Shown here piece by piece: positions 58,808 through 64,000 of a stretch of DNA of 64,000 nucleotides. The DNA is from Candidatus Haiyanarchaeum thermophilum (lineage in GTDB: Archaea; Nanobdellota; Nanobdellia; JAPDLS01; Haiyanarchaeaceae): the NCBI GenBank assembly GCA_025920425.1, contig JAPDLS010000001.1, positions 308,484 to 372,483 of the forward strand, given 5' to 3'. Both the position numbers and the translations under genes were made by a program. The notes under the pieces are model-generated. The model was not told the origin of the DNA. It ran no database searches and was given only the letters and a program-made list of their open reading frames with translations. Positions within the stretch are counted from its first letter, which is position 1. Every line of letters starts with the position of its first letter.

Positions 58808-59581
58808 ATGAGTGAGGTAATCATTGCAAGGGGAAAAGATCCTAGGCTTAGAACCTATTTGGCATTAAAAGCCCTAAATCCGACTTTCTCTAGGAAAGTG
58901 TTGATAAAACCAAACCTCGTGGAGCCGATGCCAAACAATTCAGGAGCAATTACTAGGAAGGAAGTAGTGGAGGGGGTAATTCAATTTCTGAAGGAAATGG
59001 GTTATGAGATGATAGTAGGAGAAGGGGCTGCTATTTGGAATACTATGGAATGTTTTGACATGGCTGGTTATTTTGAACTTTCTAAAAAATATAAGGTAAA
59101 GTTCTTGGATCTGAATCGAGGAAAATTCGAAAGGATAAATGGAAAATTTTGGGAATTTGAAGTGGCAAAGATTGCATTGGAATGCGATGTAGTCTCTGTA
59201 GCAGTGTTGAAGGAACATGCCTTTGGAGTTACATTAACATTGAAAAATCTCATGGGCCTTCTGAGGCCTAGAGGGAACTATCCCTTAAGAGCCTATATGC
59301 ATGCTGAGGGGAATGAGGAGATCTGGGCAAAGAGACTTATGGACTTGGTGAGGGCTATAAAGCCAAAGCTAGCAATAATAGATGCTACCACAGGCATGTT
59401 TGGTTCTCATCTCTTTGGAAAGTTGGTACCTCTTGATCTCACTCTAGCTAGCAAGGATGCCGTAGCCTGTGATCTAGCTGGTGCTGAACTGCTCGGTCAT
59501 AAGGAGATATCCTACTTGAAATTGGCATTGGAGGAGGGGCTGGGAAAGAATCCAAGGATAAGATGGATAGAGATCGCGTGA
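58808..59581 (+). CDS. DUF362 domain protein
   Basis: VLIKPNLVEP motif near N-terminus; start moved to MSEVIIARG. Confidence 0.6.
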   Translation: MSEVIIARGKDPRLRTYLALKALNPTFSRKVLIKPNLVEPMPNNSGAITRKEVVEGVIQFLKEMGYEMIVGEGAAIWNTMECFDMAGYFELSKKYKVKFLDLNRGKFERINGKFWEFEVAKIALECDVVSVAVLKEHAFGVTLTLKNLMGLLRPRGNYPLRAYMHAEGNEEIWAKRLMDLVRAIKPKLAIIDATTGMFGSHLFGKLVPLDLTLASKDAVACDLAGAELLGHKEISYLKLALEEGLGKNPRIRWIEIA

Positions 59582-59587
59582 TGAAAG

Positions 59588-60301
59588 ATGTATGATGCTC
59601 TCGAATTGACAAAAGTCGTGAGGAAGGAGGTATGCAAATGTTGGCAAGGCAAATTTTTAGCTAAGTACTATAGATTTAGAGCTACGAGATTCTATGGAGG
59701 TTGTGCTACAGCAGATATCAGTGGATGCAATTTGAGATGTGGCTATTGCTGGAGCAGCAATGTGGTATGGAGGAATTTGGGAAAATTCTGCGAACCTGAA
59801 TTCGTAGCTCAGAGGTTGAATGAAATTGCTCTCAGAAATGGGTTCAGATACTGCAGAATCTCTGGGGGAGAACCTACTATATGTAAGGAGCATCTGCTAG
59901 AGGTGATTAAGCGAATAAATAGGGGTCTCATATTCATCTTGGAAACGAATGGCATTCTACTAGGCGAAGATGAATCCTTTGTAGTGAAACTTAGAGAATT
60001 TCCAAATTTGCATGTAAGGGTCTCACTGAAAGGGGCAAATGAGGAAATGTTCTCTAAAGTAACCAAGGCTCATCCCGAGAACTTTAGACTTCAACTAGCA
60101 GCATTGAGGCATTTAAAGCGTTGGAAAATAAGTTTCCATCCTGCCATCTTAATAGATCTCTACACCGAAGGACTCTTGGAAGAACTCAAGCAGAGGCTGG
60201 CTGAGATCGATAGAACTCTCCCAGCAAGATTGGACCACGAGTTCCTTATCAAGTTCCCCCATGTAGTAAAGAGAATGAAAGAATATGGGTTGCTTCCTTA
60301 A
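59588..60301 (+). CDS. radical SAM protein (QueE/NrdG-like)
   Basis: CNLRCGYC (Cx3Cx2C) near N-terminus, 237 aa. Confidence 0.7.
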   Translation: MYDALELTKVVRKEVCKCWQGKFLAKYYRFRATRFYGGCATADISGCNLRCGYCWSSNVVWRNLGKFCEPEFVAQRLNEIALRNGFRYCRISGGEPTICKEHLLEVIKRINRGLIFILETNGILLGEDESFVVKLREFPNLHVRVSLKGANEEMFSKVTKAHPENFRLQLAALRHLKRWKISFHPAILIDLYTEGLLEELKQRLAEIDRTLPARLDHEFLIKFPHVVKRMKEYGLLP

Positions 60302-60346
60302 CCATTACTCCACAAATTATTTTTAAAACTATTGGCTTAATAAATC

Positions 60347-60745
60347 ATGATCAAATCAATTGAGGCTAGAACATATAAGCATGAGAGTGAAGATCTGGAA
60401 AAGGTAATGAAAGCGTTTCTCAATGTTTTTCCATTCGAGGAAGCTATCAAGATGGAGACACTGGAAGGAAGCTTCGGCACCGAAATTATCGTGATCAGTG
60501 GCATAATTAAGGAAAGAATTAAAGTGGAAAAATTCATTGCAAATCTTCAGCAGAAGCTAGTGAATAAATTGGGCAAGGAGGGATTTTCTAAGAGAGTGGA
60601 GAGAAACTCTGTATTTCTCAGGATAGATAAACAAGCTGCCTTCCTTGAGGATAAGATCGTAATAGGGAATTTCGATGACTGTATCTGGGTAAAGATCAAG
60701 GGAGATGCATCTGGACTCAAGGCTCTGAGGAAAATACTGGAATAA
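60347..60745 (+). CDS. hypothetical protein (132 aa)
   Basis: ORF only. Confidence 0.4.
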   Translation: MIKSIEARTYKHESEDLEKVMKAFLNVFPFEEAIKMETLEGSFGTEIIVISGIIKERIKVEKFIANLQQKLVNKLGKEGFSKRVERNSVFLRIDKQAAFLEDKIVIGNFDDCIWVKIKGDASGLKALRKILE

Positions 60746-60775
60746 TTTAAAAAGACAAAATCCCTTAGAATTAAC

Positions 60776-61621
60776 ATGCTGTGGAGGAAGAAGTTGGTGG
60801 TGGAAAAGTATGAGGAGGAGTTTAAAACCCAAACGATGAGGAATCGCAAGCTCTTCTACGATCTCTTCGCTAGAGTAGGAGATCCTGAGGAACTCAGAGC
60901 TCATTGTTCTCAGATCCTCGACACGTTGGAATTCAAATCTCCTTTAAATGAGCTCACTAAGTTCGAGGAAAGCACTGAGCTTGAAGGAATGTTCTTAGGA
61001 GGAAGGCTCAAGCCAGTAAAGGGGATAATTAAAGCAATCAAAGAAGTGAAGAGGGGTTCAAGATTTCCAAAGCTATGGAAAATCCTCCTCCTTCTAGGCT
61101 TAATTTCCATCATCCTCTTCATCTCCCCCTCCCTAATCCCACAAAGCCTCTCTTTCAAACAAGAATACTTTCTATATGGGGGGATTTCCCTAATCCTACT
61201 GAGCATTCTCCTCTTCCTCATCAAGGAGAAAATTCATCTCTATACTTGGGTTAAGATCGTGGGAGTCTATGATATAGAATCTGAAAAAGCCGATGTGAGG
61301 ATAGTAATAGCCGGAGATTGTGATAAGAAGGATATGGATGCCTTCTCTAAGCTGGAAGAGGACGTAAGTGAGCTTTACAATGAGTTAGCTAGGAAATATG
61401 TGAAGAAGAAGGAGGAGAAGCCAATGATCATCATAAAGGAAAAGGAAGCTCCAGAAGCTAGGGTAATAAAGTTGGTAAGAGATCTAGAGAATCAGCTGGC
61501 TTCACTGGATTCAAAACTAGCTCAGGGAAAGATCAGTGAAGAAGCATGGAAAGTAGCGAGAGAGGAGCTCAATAGAAAGAAGGAGAAGCTAGAGATCCTC
61601 CTAGACCTGTTGAAGTTATGA
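60776..61621 (+). CDS. membrane protein with C-terminal coiled coil
   Basis: Two TM helices then charged helical region. Confidence 0.4.
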   Translation: MLWRKKLVVEKYEEEFKTQTMRNRKLFYDLFARVGDPEELRAHCSQILDTLEFKSPLNELTKFEESTELEGMFLGGRLKPVKGIIKAIKEVKRGSRFPKLWKILLLLGLISIILFISPSLIPQSLSFKQEYFLYGGISLILLSILLFLIKEKIHLYTWVKIVGVYDIESEKADVRIVIAGDCDKKDMDAFSKLEEDVSELYNELARKYVKKKEEKPMIIIKEKEAPEARVIKLVRDLENQLASLDSKLAQGKISEEAWKVAREELNRKKEKLEILLDLLKL

Positions 61622-62061
61622 AGGCTCAAGCTGAGATAATCCGAGAAGTGCTCACTTTCTCCATCGGAGTTGGAGTAGTAAGTGCTTGTACTCTCATCTT
61701 CAGTACATACATCCCAAACATCGTCATCAATTCCTTAGCTGACGCCTACCTCTTCAATTTGGCTACTCATTTCGACTTACTCCTCAATGACGTTTATCTT
61801 ATCATTTCCCACTTCCCAAACTCCTCCATCGTTTATATTTACCCTATGCCTAGAACTATCCTAGGAAGCAGCTATGAACTGAGGATGAGGAATTTTCAGG
61901 CGTGTGCTAGGCTTCTCTCTCCAGCAAGGGAGCTCTGCAAGAATTCGAGCCTTCCTCAAAACGTTGAGGTGACAGGAAATTTCATAGGTGGAGAGGCAAT
62001 CGTGTTAAATGGTACCCATCTACTGAGTGGAGATATCATAATTTCGGTGTCAAGCAAGTGA
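61618..62061 (+). CDS. hypothetical protein (147 aa)
   Basis: ATGA overlap with upstream gene. Confidence 0.35.
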   Translation: MKAQAEIIREVLTFSIGVGVVSACTLIFSTYIPNIVINSLADAYLFNLATHFDLLLNDVYLIISHFPNSSIVYIYPMPRTILGSSYELRMRNFQACARLLSPARELCKNSSLPQNVEVTGNFIGGEAIVLNGTHLLSGDIIISVSSK

Positions 62062-62062
62062 A

Positions 62063-62740
62063 TTAGAGAAGAAGTTTTATCATTATCCAGATCACGAGTA
62101 TCACGATCAAGATCTTTATCACCTGTTCTAAAAACTTTAACATGAAGTAGAAAGTCACCATTAGTATTATGAGGAAAAGGGGCAGGTTTTCTCCCCCAAA
62201 TTGGGTGAGATAGATCCAAGCCTGGGTGAAGTATTTAGTGAGCGAGAGATTGGATAAATACTCCATAGCTGGGATGCTCAGATTCCCGAGAGGGAGTATT
62301 AGTAAGAAAGCTCCAGTGAATTTAATTAGGTCTTCCCAGAGGAGGAGGGGAGCAAAGATGTAGATAAGCGAAATGATGGCAGAGAACCACTTATTTACAT
62401 CCTCAACATGTATTGTGAGGACAGCTAGGAAGAAGAGGAGAAGAAGCAGAGAAATAGCAGCTATAACGTAGCTCTTCAGCCTCACATATTTTTCCACTTC
62501 ACCCACATATTTCTCTACATACTCATCCAAGCAATAGAGGAGAATCATGAAGTATACCATTGTGAGTAAGTAGATCACTTGTGAGGCTAGCTTGAGGCCG
62601 AGGAGATCGAAGAGAATCGTGGAAAAGATGTAAAAGATTATGCAATTCATTAAACACTTCATCGCGAGGGAGAGTCCTTTTTTGCTCTTGGAATCGATCC
62701 TCATCCTAAGGATCTGCATAAATCTCAAAGGATGATTCAC
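62063..62740 (-). CDS. polytopic membrane protein
   Basis: 225 aa hydrophobic. Confidence 0.4.
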   Translation of the reverse strand: MNHPLRFMQILRMRIDSKSKKGLSLAMKCLMNCIIFYIFSTILFDLLGLKLASQVIYLLTMVYFMILLYCLDEYVEKYVGEVEKYVRLKSYVIAAISLLLLLFFLAVLTIHVEDVNKWFSAIISLIYIFAPLLLWEDLIKFTGAFLLILPLGNLSIPAMEYLSNLSLTKYFTQAWIYLTQFGGENLPLFLIILMVTFYFMLKFLEQVIKILIVILVIWIMIKLLL

Positions 62741-62754
62741 TATTTAAATTTCTC

Positions 62755-63306
62755 TCAAGCTGAGCCTACGAAGATCCTATATCTATCTTCTCCCTGCAAT
62801 TCTGAGATTATTCTCTTTATCACCAGTTTTTCTGGCTCGGGAAGGAAGCTCACCCTCTGCTTTATGTCTTGGAAGCTCTCAAATGGCTTCTTCTCCCTTT
62901 CCATCAAGATCTTCCACATATGCTTTTTACCTATCCCAGGCAAGAGTTCCAACTGATGCATTCTGGTAGTCAATGGTCTAGCCTCATTAAAGAATTTCAC
63001 AAATCTCTGCTCATTTTTTGAAACTAGCTCCTTCAGTACATTTTCAAGCTCAAGTTTGGCATTTTGGGTAAGCTCATCATATTTGATCTTCCCTAAAACA
63101 TGATGGATCTTATCCCTCTTCTCAGGCCCTATATAAACTTTCTCTCCTATACTCAGATTTACCCCTTTCCTAGGTACTACCTCGAGGAGAATGAAATAGT
63201 TCTCTCCAAGCACTTGGGCTACTGGAGTATAAACGCCTGCGAGGGGCTTACCTCCTGGTAGAAAATCTAGTACTATGGCAAACTCTTCCTTAACTTGTTG
63301 TTTCAT
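62755..63306 (-). CDS. predicted RNA-binding protein with HhH motif (COG1491/DUF655-like)
   Basis: LPGIGKKHMWKIL helix-hairpin-helix; conserved position downstream of rpl21e-rpoF. Confidence 0.6.
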   Translation of the reverse strand: MKQQVKEEFAIVLDFLPGGKPLAGVYTPVAQVLGENYFILLEVVPRKGVNLSIGEKVYIGPEKRDKIHHVLGKIKYDELTQNAKLELENVLKELVSKNEQRFVKFFNEARPLTTRMHQLELLPGIGKKHMWKILMEREKKPFESFQDIKQRVSFLPEPEKLVIKRIISELQGEDRYRIFVGSA

Positions 63307-63307
63307 T

Positions 63308-63637
63308 TTATTTCCTAAACTTATTTATTACTTCCAGAATCTTCTCTACATCTTCATCCTTCAAGCTTAACTTATAGGAACTGAGAATTAGCTTCACGTC
63401 ATCCTTATCGTAGGGCATTATGTCTACAAGCTTAACTATTACCTTTTCATTCAATCTCAGATCTAAACTCTTGAGCTCCTGGATCAGCTTCTCAGCTTCA
63501 CTCCACTTCAGCTTAGAAAATTTGGTAGCATGCTCCAGAGCGATATTCACTTCATGAGTCTCCACTTTGCTTTCTTCCAGAACCTTCTTCGCCTTCACTA
63601 CAGGAATGTATTCCTCCCCTAACACTTCTAGCTCCAT
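63308..63637 (-). CDS. rpoF: DNA-directed RNA polymerase subunit F (Rpo4/RpoF)
   Basis: 109 aa acidic helical protein following rpl21e, typical gene order. Confidence 0.75.
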   Translation of the reverse strand: MELEVLGEEYIPVVKAKKVLEESKVETHEVNIALEHATKFSKLKWSEAEKLIQELKSLDLRLNEKVIVKLVDIMPYDKDDVKLILSSYKLSLKDEDVEKILEVINKFRK

Positions 63638-63638
63638 G

Positions 63639-63929
63639 TTAACACCTCCTCAAGTGAATCGGATGTACTATTACGATTTTCTCCTTACTCCCATCTCTAA
63701 TCTTAACTTCATAGCATTTTCCCCTCTTATTGATTACCTCTCCAACCTTCCCTATAAACCTCTTGAACGGCATGCCTTCATGAAAAGCTGGTTCAATTCC
63801 AATTACTACCTTCTCTCCAGGCTTGAAGCTTTGAAGAGCTAAGTTTATCCTAATCTTTCCCCTCTCTCTTGCCCTCTTCTTGAATTTCTTCCTAGTTTTC
63901 CTTCTAGGGCCAAGCGACTTCTTTGGCAT
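63639..63929 (-). CDS. rpl21e: 50S ribosomal protein L21e
   Basis: MPKKSLGPRRKTRKKFKKRARERG... FKPGEKVVIGIEPAFHEGMP...KIRDG. Confidence 0.85.
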   Translation of the reverse strand: MPKKSLGPRRKTRKKFKKRARERGKIRINLALQSFKPGEKVVIGIEPAFHEGMPFKRFIGKVGEVINKRGKCYEVKIRDGSKEKIVIVHPIHLRRC

Positions 63930-64000
63930 AGATTAAAAGAAGTAAACTGGGATTTAAAAACTTTTAAACTAGGGGAAGTTGTTTAAATCTTCTCTTATAC

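Overview
This is a housekeeping-rich archaeal chromosomal segment. Coding regions are AT-rich (many K/E/I-rich proteins) while the rRNA and tRNA genes are GC-rich. I could not assign the lineage from sequence alone. A DPANN- or TACK-like thermophile is plausible, based on a stand-alone 16S gene, a non-canonical tRNA intron, an L38e ribosomal protein and apparently truncated or split genes.

What the window contains:
- **rRNA:** a complete 16S rRNA gene (about 2877..4363, + strand) flanked by a perfect 22-nt inverted repeat (processing stem). No 23S, 5S or spacer tRNA lies within about 20 kb downstream, so the rRNA genes look unlinked.
- **tRNAs:** five genes, namely His(GUG), Ala(GGC), Lys(CUU) with a 22-nt non-canonical intron in the D-arm, Ser(CGA) and Cys(GCA).
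- **Aminoacyl-tRNA synthetases:** LysRS class I, ValRS, SerRS and HisRS.
- **Ribosomal proteins:** S8e, L37e, L12/P1, L10/P0, L1, L38e and L21e.
- **Other information-processing genes:** an Sm-like protein, RNA polymerase subunit F, TFIIB, Trm1, RadA, the tRNA thiolase NcsA, a C-terminal Dph2 fragment, endonuclease III and an Obg/TGS GTPase.
- **Metabolism:** GlmS, PyrE/PyrF, a polyprenyl synthase and a ThyA-like protein.
- **Proteases and surface proteins:** archaemetzincin, two tandem M50-like membrane proteases, a snapalysin-like secreted protease and a large Cys/Ser/Thr-rich surface protein.
- **Other:** an Lrp/AsnC regulator, a MinD-like ATPase, and several radical SAM, DUF72 and DUF362 proteins.
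- **Absent:** no CRISPR array, transposase or integrase was seen.

The most unusual loci are:
- a translationally coupled minus-strand operon (20465..24536) encoding a 383-aa unknown, a 176-aa acidic unknown, an Endo IV/xylose-isomerase-like TIM barrel with a roughly 130-aa coiled-coil insertion, and a minimal nucleotidyltransferase. A paralogous nucleotidyltransferase is coupled to Trm1 just downstream.
- a HerA/FtsK-like ATPase with an unknown 266-aa partner.
- a ThyA homolog that seems to lack the catalytic Cys, coupled to a 537-aa unknown.
- an N-terminally truncated Dph2.
- the intron-containing tRNA-Lys.
- substitutions in the normally invariant 3' end of the 16S rRNA.

Gene identities are judged from recognizable motifs in the translated ORFs. 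No database search could be run.
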